Shown here one piece after another: positions 26,201-36,660 of a stretch of 64,000 nt of DNA; the stretch's first letter is position 1, and each line of letters starts with the position of its first letter. The notes under the pieces are model-generated. The model was not told the origin of the DNA. It was given only the letters and a program-made list of their open reading frames with translations, and searched no databases. The stretch spans positions 406,129 through 470,128 of the forward strand of contig NMRA01000170.1 of the NCBI GenBank assembly GCA_002633005.1. Direction: 5' to 3'. This DNA comes from Phoronis australis (Eukaryota > Animalia > Phoronida). The position numbers and the translations under genes were made by a program.

Positions 26201-29200
26201 TTGTTGAGGGCCCTCTTGGAAAGCAGTGCTGACACCGAAGAGGTCACCTTCATTTCACAATATTACAATAAATAAAATAAAAGTGATTTCAGAGATTAGG
26301 AAGAGCTCACAGCTTGTTATCACTAAAAAATTAGAATGTGTAAGTAGGCTTGACCCATCGGAGTTATTTGAGGCACCGACAAGAAATCACTTCTGATTAA
26401 GGTACAAGTCTAAACCAGTTTCATAACTTTAAGTAGGTCTAAATCAAAAGGAAGCAGTTCTTGACAGATGAGGAGTTCATAAGAACTTTACTGTTGCAAA
26501 TGACACTAGAAGGCTGTGTTCTTTAATCCATGTTTTACAATCCTTCCTTTTTGCCAGTATTGAGTGGTGCTATCAATACACTGTGCAACAAAATACAAGA
26601 TTAAGGTTGTATCTCGATTCTTGTCCTCACGAATGCTTAAAGGCAGACTGTGAAAGCAAATAATTACCTTAACACGAGTGACATGCTAGCATTGGTATAA
26701 AGCTAATACACAGGATCAATCTTGGGGAAAAACTGAGCGAAATAAAATCTGACAAAAATCTGCATTCTGATGCTAGTCAACGAACAACTAGCTGGTTGGT
26801 TAATCCTGCACACCAGCAAACTTATCAACATTTGATCTTACGGATGTGTAATGTAGTCAGATGCAATCATATAAGGGAACTCATATCTTGGCAGATATCT
26901 ATGCAATCCAAGTAACTCTGTTAGTTTGACACAAAGCTGAACTGGTCACTAGCAATCTATCTGATATACGTACCTTCCCTGGTAGAGCCTCATTGTTCAT
27001 TTCTCGTTCAAACAGGTAAGAGGCATAACCCTTGTTGTCTCCACTGATGAACCCATTGGTATTGTTCATGCTTGTGCAGTGAACAGCAAACCAACTGCAA
27101 CACAACAGTATGATATCATTAGAACAGCAATATCATCAGAACAACAATATCACCAGAACAACAATATCACCAGAACAACGATATCACCATAACAACTATA
27201 TCACCAGAACAGCATCATCAGAACAAGAACAACAATGCAACAATACCACCAGAGCATCAATAGCCTACGTCATGTTAATTACATTTCATCAACTTCACCA
27301 ACCCAGAATTACACCCCTACTCATGATTTTCAACAATGCCCATAGTTTTCTCAAACCCTTTCACCAGGTTGCTTTCAGGTTTTCCAGAGGAATAAAAAAA
27401 TCAAATATTTCTTGACAAGAATCAATAGGACCACGGCCCGAAATCGCAACTCTTTCTAACATGTTGCAATTGATGAATTTTTTAGTTGAGTTTTGGGTAA
27501 AGTTTGCTTGCCTTGAATGTAAGTTTGTCGAGAGGTACTTACCTCAGTCTCGCTTAAGTGGCCATTCTAATGGTTTATTACTCCCTCTCACCAGTCTCAG
27601 TAAGGTCATTTTTTATTTGTGCCAACTAACTTACTCAATCAGTCCAACTGCTTTGTTACCTGCAGGGCAATCACTGAAGGACAGTGTCTGTGTCATACTG
27701 ATACAGGATTTTCTGACTTGCCCAACCAGATACTTGACATTCACTGGATATTTGATAGTTTTAAAGAAAAACAACTCTTTCCAAGATCTAAATACAGGTT
27801 CCACGTGACCACTTGATGAATGTATGTGTTTTGAACTTCTCAGTGGCGGTAACAAGCTGGAATAGGAATTATGTGTTGATGGACACAGGGGACAGGCTCG
27901 CAATCAAAATTATTTTTGGCACTCTCTGATTCTGTTTTAGTGCAAACCCAAAATATGTGGGTATCAGTCTGTGCTTGAATGCATTATGGTTAATGCATAC
28001 GGTATGGGTTTCCAATCCTAATTCGTACTTGAAAGCCCTACTTATAATTGAGCCACAAACTCAAGTGAGATCTCAAGTAAAACTCAGAAATTTAAGTTCA
28101 GACCTTTAGCCTTAATATTTAGATAATCAAGAGCAAACCAGGATTAGAATGTTATCCACATAAGCCATTATGTGCTTGAGCATAGATACTTCTCTTGAGT
28201 TCAAACAAAACTAAAATTGAAAAGGCCAAAAATAATTTTGAATTCATGTACAAAGATAAGACCCGAGACACTCAAGCCTTACACTTACTTAATCATTCCA
28301 ATTGGTTTATCCTTAGCATCGACCAGCCTAAGTAAGACCATCTCCTTATCTGTATCATAATCGTACTTGGCTCTCTCCTGAGCTGGATTGTTCAGGTAGG
28401 CAGTTGGGCTACGGTTGATGTTGCTCTCCAGCAGTTCTCCTGAGCTCATATAGATGTCGCCAGGTTGAACACTGGCATGGGCCCGGTCGATACTCTGAAT
28501 TATCAAGAATCACAGGTGTGACCGAGAAAGTCGTTTTATGCTCGAACCATGGTCTCAAACAATGACCTACTTTCAGTTCTTCACAAGTCCAGAGACAGCT
28601 CCAATCTCAGACCAGTTTTTATAACTTTCAGTAAGTGGTCACAATCAAAAGTAAACTTTTGTCAGATGAAGGGTTTCCAAAACCTTCAAAAACATGTTTG
28701 ACAAATGATTACAATATTCCTGTAGTCCTATTGGTTTACTATATGACAAAATTGTTAGCAACTCGTCCCTTAGCTTGTGCAAAAAGTGAACACAGCTATA
28801 AATCTCAAATGCACGCCACCAAAACCCTTTGAGTAACAAGAGAGATACAGTTACCTTGACGACTCCTTCAACTAGGGCCACAAATGTGTCGTTGATGAAG
28901 CCCAGGGATGTGATGTCAAAGAGTACGTACTGTAGAAAGCCAGCTGGAGCAGAATGAGTGTGTATTCCACTGATGCATACATTAGCGTCACTATAGAGGT
29001 TGCCATATTTAACCTTTAACCTGTTGATGACCTAAAACAATACATTCCTATGACTAATGGCAATGGAGTAACACTGATTCTCTTAGTACCCTTCAAGTCA
29101 AATACACACTCACTGTATATAGTCATATTTAAGAATAACTTGAAATAAAAACAATTTTTGCAAAAGTACATTAAAATTTCACCAACCTAGTGAAATTCTA

Positions 29201-32200
29201 ATTGATCATTTCTCCATGAAAGATTGTCACCCAAATTTAAAATACTTTTCTTTTTGAAGCTCTGTACCATAGTTACCATCAGATGTTTTGAAAGCATGTG
29301 ACCATTCGCAACAATATTAAAGGCTTTTGAGGAGTGAAAAAGGGGCGAATTTTGTTATCATTTTTGTCCAAAATTGGTAGGATTTTATCGTCCATGAGGT
29401 AAATGCATAGCATTAGACCTTGGTCTGAGACGACCTAATTTTACTAGACGAACCATACAAGCATCATGCAAATGTCTAACTTTGATATGCTGTGATTGGC
29501 CAATTTTTAGTTGAGTTTTTCCTAAAGTTTAATGGTATCTTAGAATGTGTCCTTAGTACAAAGCTATCAGCATGCTTTTGAAACAGATATTGCAAAAAAG
29601 AGATGTCATTTTTACTTTCAGAAATTCACAATACACAAAATGCCAAGTGATTTTCAGTGACCTCTTTTGTCAGATTACACAATCAAGTTCAGTGAACTAC
29701 CTCAATTTTGAGCAGCTGAGAGACCATGCATGCATCGATGCTAACAAAGACAGTACGAGACTTATCCTGACTATCTGCGATGATGAACGCTCGACTGTAT
29801 TGTCGGGTGTGAATACCATGGGCTGTCTGGGATGGGTTGGCATAGCCCATCTGGAATAAGAAAGGAAAGATAAGGAATATATAGATGTATCTAGGGCAGC
29901 TTAATTGCTCCCCAGGAAAGTACGCAAACAATGCATTCATCTGTTAAAAATTAATTAATTAGCACCCTCTTTTGAAATTCTGGATCTGGTGAAGTACCAT
30001 CAAAAACTGAAAAAGCAATTAACAGGAATTTTGCAATAGAGTTAAATCTATTAGTAGTTAAAATCTGCAATATATACATATAACAATTCCAGGACACCTG
30101 GACAGTCTCGGTAGGATGCACTAAGAATGTCCATTTATGCCTATGAACCTTTCTTCAACAAATATATTGAAATCTATCAGTTAACAGAATTTCTTCAGTA
30201 ACGCACAAGCGTTGGTTGCTGACATGTGAAAATAAAGTTCAGCAGGCACTAGCACTAGTCAAATCATATCTACATTTACGTAAACAACTTCATCTTACAA
30301 GTTCCAGCTGTGGTGATTATGGCTAATAACTAACGTGACCCACAGGTCACTTGACCATATCCCTCGGGCATTTATAACTGAACGTGGCAATGCACACACA
30401 TATAAGCTTATGATAACCGGTTGTGTAGTGAATCTTAACTGCCAAATAAAAAAATCTCCTGAAATTCAATTACACGCTTAGCATGACTTCAGTACCTAGA
30501 GCAGACTACAATGCAAAATAGTGCTTCAAGCTTTTTCAATAGTAGAAATTTCATTCACAACAAACAACAGGTTCAACAAAACGTTTGTACGTGAAATGCT
30601 CTCAACAAATAGAATACCAGTTTGAAAATTTGCATCAATTGTACAGTTTGAGCATTTCAAGTCGGGAGGAGAGTGGCTCACACATTTTAAATGTATAACC
30701 AAAAATCTCCAAGTTGCTCGTTTTAGGAAAGCACTGTATTAAAAAACTGCATTTACTGTCAAACTTATAAATAAATAGAAATCTGCTTTTAATGAAAATG
30801 CTGCGGGTGAAGAAAAACTAGTACTTGGTTACAAATTTTGAAACAGGCAAAGTGGTTTAGCTGATTGGCAAAGAGACTTAAGTTTTCAAACTCTTTTATA
30901 CATAGATTGTCATTACACCATTTTTAAAAATCTCAGAAAAATAACACCAACTTTAGGTAGACTTAAACAGCAGATAGTGATGTTACACAATGTAACTGAA
31001 CAATTACACATGAGAAATTTACCACCTGGGAAAATGACGGCTAGATAAGGCCAAAGGGCCAAGTGACACTGCAAGATTGAACAAACGACTGCAATCATCC
31101 TCACACCAGATATACAATCAGTGAAAAACTGCTTTTTAATTTAAAATGAAGCTTATTTTCAGCACCATAGTATTTTTCTACAAAGGATTTACCTAAAGTG
31201 TAATAGCCCAAATTCAAAATTACCTGTAACAGAGTAAAAGAAAATGCAACCAAATGCTGACTGAAGTTGGTTAATTTTCTGAATGTTTTGAAGAAATTTC
31301 TACTGTATCAAATTTTTGTCTTCTGTTTCCATAGTTATGTCTGATGATGTCAAAGCAATTAACAAAATCTTATTATATTTCACAGCAGCAGGACACGACA
31401 GGACTGAGTGGCAAAAACTTCACAAATGACTTTTAACAGCAGTTTGGATTGTTTCGAGTTCCATTTTAGTCCGTACATTTTTTTCCAACAACTGCATCTC
31501 TAAAGCAATGCGCATCCCCATAAGTCACCAATTCCAAGTTCGGGTGCTTCCTGCAGCTAGGAGGCCTCGGCACTTAGTCTATAGCTAGTATAAACATTCA
31601 TAGCTAATGCAGTAATCGGCACTTTGAAAATTGGCAGTTTGACATTTGCAACCTAGTCAAAATCTCAGGTCCCATGGTCCCATTTATGGAAATCAGGACG
31701 CACTTATGAGTTCCAGCTTGAGTAATATTGTGGAATAACAAAGGGTGGTCCTTGACCTTCATTATGCAAATGCCAAGAGAATCTGCACGCAAATGTACAG
31801 AAAGCGTTCATTGTTCACCCCAGAGTATCCAACGAATTCCTCGGGATATCAAAGGCTTGGATGGGCTGCCACAGATTGAACTGAGCCAGTCACTATTCAT
31901 GAGCTTGGTTGATTGTGTATTGATGAAGATAATTACAGTCCTAAACAACCTGCACCTTGAGTACTAGTTCCAAAGTCAAAAACAAACAATAAGTAAGGCA
32001 AACGACTAACATGTTTGTTTTTAAAATTGAAGAGTAAATACTAACCATCTTCAAATTTTTAAAATCCGATACATCGTAAGAAAAATTAGCGAATAGAATT
32101 TCTTCAGTAACATGGCTCAGCCACGAAGCATTAGTCTGTGAATCAATTAAAACACGTTAGTCATAATTTGGATGGAGCTTGAATGTATAGCAGAGGAATT

Positions 32201-35200
32201 GCCTCATGTTTGACTTTGTAACTTTAGTTATCCGCCAGGGCATTTTTAAAATGCTGTAGACTAAGTACGCAATAAGACCAGTAATTTAGTCAGCTTACAT
32301 GGTCCAACCTCATAAATTGAGTTAGGCAATGACCATCACCAACAGAGGTGATGGTCATTGCCCAAGATTAAAGGCGAAGGCAACCTTTTTTCATGTCATT
32401 TTTAGCACAAATTGGGTTCATTGATTATCCCCGATACATTTTTCACTTATTTACAGCTTTTCGTAATTTAATTAATTACTCATCGTCTACTCCGGAAGTG
32501 ATGTTTTGGGAGGCAAGAATTTCGCGCCAATTTCTTTTCATACAGTCTGACTGTGAGAGCAGTCGAGTCAGTCATTGTTCTACCTCGGTTGTGATAAGTT
32601 CGGTCGTCGTTTGCTTTTGTTTACGAGTCAGTCAACATGCCACGCTGTTGCTGCCTACCGAGATGTACTTATTATCGTCTCACGTACAGAGGAAGAACTG
32701 TCCCACTTGCCCGAGTGTCCTGTGACACACTCCCAGTGGATGGTGACTTGAGCACCCAAACTGCTTACATCCCGCCATGCAACTCCCTCGTCACACACGT
32801 GGCACCTTCTAAATAGCTCCAATACAAACTTAGGCTCACCGATCTGTTCACTGGATGACGAACTGTCCTTTTCACTGGGTGTCAAACTGGGCCTGTATTC
32901 ACTCCCACTACTCAACATCGCTGCAGGGCTGCTTACAGGCTCTGGGTTAGAGACAACAGCACACGGGGAATCACTGCTAGATCCTGGAATTGCACGCCAT
33001 GTGTTACGTTCGGAGGCATGGGAGACAGTAGATGAAGTGCCTCCAGTCACTGTATATAGTGGCAACAGCTCACAAGGCTTCTCGCTTCAAAAACGCACTT
33101 CTCGGGGGTGGCGACGGGGCACTGCGGGGAATCAACAGCGACGGTATGGAACCCTTCTTCAGGCGTTGTTTCGCAGGGACCTTCATCAATTCAGCGTACA
33201 TATCTCAGTCGTAATCTGACGGCTGAAATGCATGCCACTGCTTTGTACGTTGTGTGAACAGGTAGCGCTGCGTTCTTCACACCAACGAGCTAGCCAAGTA
33301 CGGCGAAGTGTGTCATCCTTCGGAAAGCGATGCAAGGTACCCAAAGCGCGTGTGAGACGATAATGAGTACATCCTGGTACGCAGCAACAGCGTGGCATGT
33401 TGACTGACTTGTAAACAAAAGCAAATGACGACCGAACTTATCAAATCCGAGGTANGCTAGTATAAATTTTCATAGCTAATGCAGTAATCGGCACTATGAA
33501 AATTGGCAGTTTGACATTTGCAACCTAGTCAAAATCTCAGGTCCCATGGTCCCATTTATGGAAATCAGGATGCACTTATGAGTTCCAGCTTGCGTAATAT
33601 TGTGGAATAACAAAGGGTGGTCCTTGACCTTCATTACGCAAATGCCAAGAGAATCTGCACGCAAATGGACAGAAAGCGTTCACTGTTCACCCCAGAGTAT
33701 CCAACGAATTCCTCGGGATATCAAAGGCTTGGATGGGCTGTCACAGATTGAACTGAGCCAGTCACTATTCATGAGCTTGGCTGAATGTGTATTGATGAAG
33801 ATAATTACAGTCCTAAACAACCTGCACCTTGAGTACTAGTTCCAAAGTCAAAAACAAACAATAAGTAAGGCAAACGACTAACATGTTTGTTTTTAAAATT
33901 GAAGAGTAAATAATAACCATCTTCAAATTTTTAAAATCGATACATCGTAAGAAAAATTAGCGAATAGAATTTCTTCAGTAACATGGCTCAGCCAAGAAGC
34001 ATTAGTCTGTGAATCAATTAAAACATGTTAGTCATAGTTTGGATGAAGCTCGAATGTTAGCAGAGGAATTGGCTTTGTAACTTTAGTTACCTGCCAGGGC
34101 ATTTTTAAAATGCTGTAGACTAAGTACGCCACAAGACCCGTAATTTAGTCAGCTTACATGGTCCAACCTCATAGATTGAGTTAGGCAATGACCATCGCCA
34201 ACAGAGGCGATGGTCATTGCCCAAGATTAAAGGCGAAGGCAACCTTTTTTCATGTCATTTTTAGCAAAAATAGGGTTCATTGATTATCCCAGACATATTT
34301 TTCACTTATTTACAGCTTTTCGTAATTTAATTAATTACTCGTCGTCTACTCCGGAAGTGACGTTTTGGGAGGCAAGAATTTTGCGCCAATTTCTTTTCAT
34401 ACAGTCTGACTGTGAGAGCAGTCGAGTCAGTCATTGATCTACCTCGGTTGTGATAAGTTCGGTCGTCGTTTGCTTTTGTTTACGAGTCAGTCAACATGCC
34501 ACGCTGTTGCTGCCTACCGAGATGTACTTATTATCGTCTCACGTACAGAGGAAGAACTGTCCCACTTGCCCGAGTGTCCTGCGACACACTCCCAGTGGAT
34601 GGTGACTTGAGCACCCAAACTGCTTACATCCCGCCGTGCGACTCCCTCGTCACACACGTGGCACCTTCTACATAGCTCCAATACAAGTCCACAATAAACT
34701 TATCAAACTTAGGCTCACCGATCTGTTCACTGGATGATGAACTGTCCTTTTCACTGGGTGTCAAACTGGACCTGTATTCACTCCCACTGCTCAACATCGC
34801 TGCAGGGCTGCTTACAGGCTCTGGGTTAGAGACAACAGCACACGGGGAATCACTGCTAGTTCTTGGAATTGCACGCTATGGGGTACGTTCGGAGGCATGG
34901 GTGACAGTAGATGAAGTGCCTCCAGTCACTGTATATAGTGGCAACAGCTCGCGAGGCTTCTCGCTTCAACAATGCACTTCTCGGGGGTGGCGACGGGCAC
35001 TGCGGGGAATCAACAGCGACAGTATGGAACCCTTCTTCAGGCGTTGTTTCGCAGGGACCTTCATCAATTCAGCGTACATATCTCAGTCGTAATCTGACGG
35101 CTGAAAATGCATGCCACTGCTTTGTACGTTGCGTGAACAGGTAGCGCTGTGTTCTTCACACCAACAAGCTAGCCAAGTACGGCGAAGTGTGTCATCCTTC

Positions 35201-36032
35201 GGAAAGCGATGCAAGGCACTCAAAGCGCGTGTGAGACGATAATGAGTACATCCTGGTACGCAGCAACAGCGTGGCATGTTGACTGACTTGTAAACAAAAG
35301 CAAATGACGACCGAACTTATCAAATCCGAGGTAGAACAATGACTGACTTGACAGCTCTCACAGTCTGACTGTATGAAAAGAAATTGGCACGAAATTCTTG
35401 CCTTCCAAAACGTCACTTTCGGAGTAGAGGACGAGAAATTAATTAAATTACGAAAACCTGTAATTAAGTGAAAAGTATGTCTGGTATAATCAACGGACCT
35501 TGAAAAAAGGTTGCCTTCACCTTTAAGTGAACTTACGTCCGAGTTGCAGTCTACCACTGAAATCTAAACATAACAATTTTGACATGGTGATTAGTCAGTG
35601 ACCATGTCTTCCACTAAAGACCGTGTCGCAGACTTTTTAACACGTGTGTGGATTTAGGGGTCACAGGGGGCCGCCTGCTACCCCAAAACGAAAACAATGT
35701 TTTTGAAGTCATCGCTTTGTGATTTTTTCATAATAATAGATGGCGTCATTCGACAGATCTATCGATTTACACTGACTCACTTTCGCAAGTCTGTGTGCTA
35801 CAGTAGTTGAAATTATTATGTTGGTTAACAGATAAAAGACGAGTAATAAATTTACTGAAGGAAGTTGAATCCTTACAAAATTCACATCAGCAGCTGGTCC
35901 GGTGATATCTGCAATTCCGGTACCTATCAAGTAATTAGTTTGAGCAGCTAGCGAAACAGAACCCAGAGTCAAAGCGACAGCCACCACTAACCCAACCGAC
36001 ATGACGGCTGTTTGGTAACTGAATGAACTCAT
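16978..36032 (-). CDS. ASAH2: Neutral ceramidase, complete 16-exon gene (2187 nt, 728 aa)
   Basis: Sixteen GT-AG exons join in frame from ATG 36032 to TGA 16978. Family motifs: GIADITGP, MGYA, SRAFII, GIHTHSAP, NRSPTAYLNNP, WFAVHCTSM, GDVSPN, GYSFAAGTTDGPG, VPGEFTTMSGRR, QRYEGASTIFGP. Confidence 0.95.
17577..17662 (-). CDS. ASAH2: Neutral ceramidase exon 15 (STYLTVEK...YTDSAWET)
   Basis: CAG/GTAAGT, 86 nt. Confidence 0.92.
17750..18208. mobile_element. MITE with long imperfect TIRs in a ceramidase intron
   Basis: GGTAAAAACGAGAGAAGTT..TACTAGGAGACAGTTAGTTAGTTGAGCATAATGTTTCAAGCC matches the reverse complement at 18140-18208; the IR continues at 17845-17876 vs 18082-18111. Confidence 0.75.
19425..19622 (-). 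CDS. ASAH2: Neutral ceramidase exon 14 (PGPSPP...PPVVMDG..FGDV...SPRNDL)
   Basis: CAG/GTGAGT, 198 nt. Confidence 0.92.
20318..20413 (-). CDS. ASAH2: Neutral ceramidase exon 13 (IQRYEGASTIFGPHTL...)
   Basis: TAG/GTGAGT, 96 nt. Confidence 0.93.
21416..21554 (-). CDS. ASAH2: Neutral ceramidase exon 12 (TMSGRR...AGLSNTYSDYITTFEEYQ)
   Basis: CAG/GTAAAA, 139 nt. Confidence 0.93.
23024..23118 (-). CDS. ASAH2: Neutral ceramidase exon 11 (FPYPWAPHIVPVQLLRIGQ...VPGEF)
   Basis: CAG/GTGAGT, 95 nt. Confidence 0.93.
23391..23503 (-). CDS. ASAH2: Neutral ceramidase exon 10 (NPFWNLIRN...CHHPKPILLDTGE)
   Basis: TAG/GTAAGT, 113 nt. Confidence 0.93.
23841..23922 (-). CDS. ASAH2: Neutral ceramidase exon 9 (CKPAMGYSFAAGTTDGPGAFNFSQ)
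   Basis: TAG/GTAAG, 82 nt. Confidence 0.93.
24065..24235. repeat. Degenerate (GAT/GGT)n microsatellite in ceramidase intron 8
   Basis: Direct reading; explains the His-rich, Asp-rich and Met-rich spurious ORFs. Confidence 0.85.
24255..24359 (-). CDS. ASAH2: Neutral ceramidase exon 8 (ELWNSA...GPVDFRHQFLNMS...)
   Basis: CAG/GTACGT, 105 nt. Confidence 0.88.
25320..25406 (-). CDS. ASAH2: Neutral ceramidase exon 7 (NELCVASGPGKDMFESTKIIG...)
   Basis: TAG/GTAAGC, 87 nt. Confidence 0.92.
25650..25772 (-). CDS. ASAH2: Neutral ceramidase exon 6 (FVAAFAQSNLGDVSPNTRGPHC...)
   Basis: TAG/GTGTGT, 123 nt, active-site GDVSPN. Confidence 0.92.
26974..27094 (-). CDS. ASAH2: Neutral ceramidase exon 5 (WFAVHCTSMNNTN...GDNKGYASY)
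   Basis: CAG/GTACG, 121 nt. Confidence 0.93.
27121..27260. repeat. 17-bp minisatellite (AGAACAACAATATCACC)n beside the exon 5 acceptor
   Basis: About 6-7 degenerate copies. Confidence 0.8.
28289..28494 (-). CDS. ASAH2: Neutral ceramidase exon 4 (SIDRAH...NINRSPTAYLNNP...)
   Basis: CAG/GTAAGT, 206 nt. Confidence 0.93.
28855..29031 (-). CDS. ASAH2: Neutral ceramidase exon 3 (...NVCISGIHTHSAPAGFLQY...)
   Basis: TAG/GTAACT, 177 nt, Zn-binding HTH motif. Confidence 0.93.
29701..29850 (-). CDS. ASAH2: Neutral ceramidase exon 2 (MGYANPSQTAHGIHTRQYSRAFII...)
   Basis: CAG acceptor, GT donor, 150 nt in frame. Confidence 0.92.
31584..35333. repeat. Tandem 1.87-kb duplication (31584-33454 and 33456-35333) joined by a single N; probable uncollapsed haplotypes
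   Basis: Colinear near-identical copies with SNPs and small indels; N exactly at the junction. Confidence 0.85.
34231..35522 (-). mobile_element. Non-autonomous Kolobok-like DNA transposon with THAP-domain relic (truncated duplicate at 32372-33454)
   Basis: TTAA on both sides (34227-34230, 35523-35526); termini AGG(C/T)GAAGGCAACCTTTTTTCA; about 280-bp inverted ends; minus-strand MPRCCCVPGC...HRFPKD...RRTW (THAP) and LELFRRCHVC...WECVTGHSGKWDS Zn-finger-like remnant. Confidence 0.78.
35877..36032 (-). CDS. ASAH2: Neutral ceramidase exon 1 (signal peptide, YLIGTGIADITGPAADVNF)
   Basis: ATG 36032 (alternative 36002), donor GTAAGG, phase 0. Confidence 0.88.
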
Positions 36033-36472
36033 GACCTCTCGTTTGCTCTTTGACCTAACGAGACTGAATAATAGGTCAAGTCTGTCGAAAGGGAGAGTTG
36101 TTGGCCGCGGTGTGGGAGATTCTCTCGATCATTCGGGGACATTTTGCTTTCCTACATTGCTTGACTGTGAGTCAGTTGATATTTAATTTCCGAAATAACG
36201 TACGAGTTGTATGTTTTTGGTTTTTGAAATCTCTGTTATTTCTGTGTGAATTTTCTGACGCTGGAACTGGGAGGAAGTCGAGCTGGCACGTTGTCGTTGG
36301 TGTGCTGGCTGTATAATTTGATTATCGTTGCCCAACGTTCTACGGTTTATTCTGCACGTAGGCCAAGAATCGGGCTAAGCGTCTTGGTCATAGTAATCAT
36401 TTTACTTATGTCGAAATTTTGTTTCAGAGACACCTAGAAGACTCCACAGCGTTCAGCTGTCCACTGCTAAGA
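36033..36472. promoter_or_regulatory. Compact bidirectional promoter/5'UTR region shared by ceramidase and P4HA
   Basis: Divergent ATGs 440 bp apart; candidate P4HA 5'UTR intron from GTGAGT 36167 to TTTCAG 36427. Confidence 0.7.
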
Positions 36473-36660
36473 ATGAAGAATCTCCATGGACGTTTGTTTT
36501 TGTGCTGTGTGTGTTCCGTTTTGTTAGTAAACAATGTAAAGACAGAACTATTTACAGCGTTGATGGAACTAGAGAAAGTATTACGGGCTGAAGCTTTGAT
36601 AGCTGACGACATTGAGAATTATATTGCTCTTGAACAGGACAGGCTAAATAAATTAAAAAG
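36473..36660 (+). CDS. P4HA: P4HA coding exon 1 (signal peptide, ELFTALMELEKVL...)
   Basis: ATG 36473, donor GTAAGT at 36661; the TTTCAG acceptor at 36427 suggests an upstream 5'UTR exon. Confidence 0.9.
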
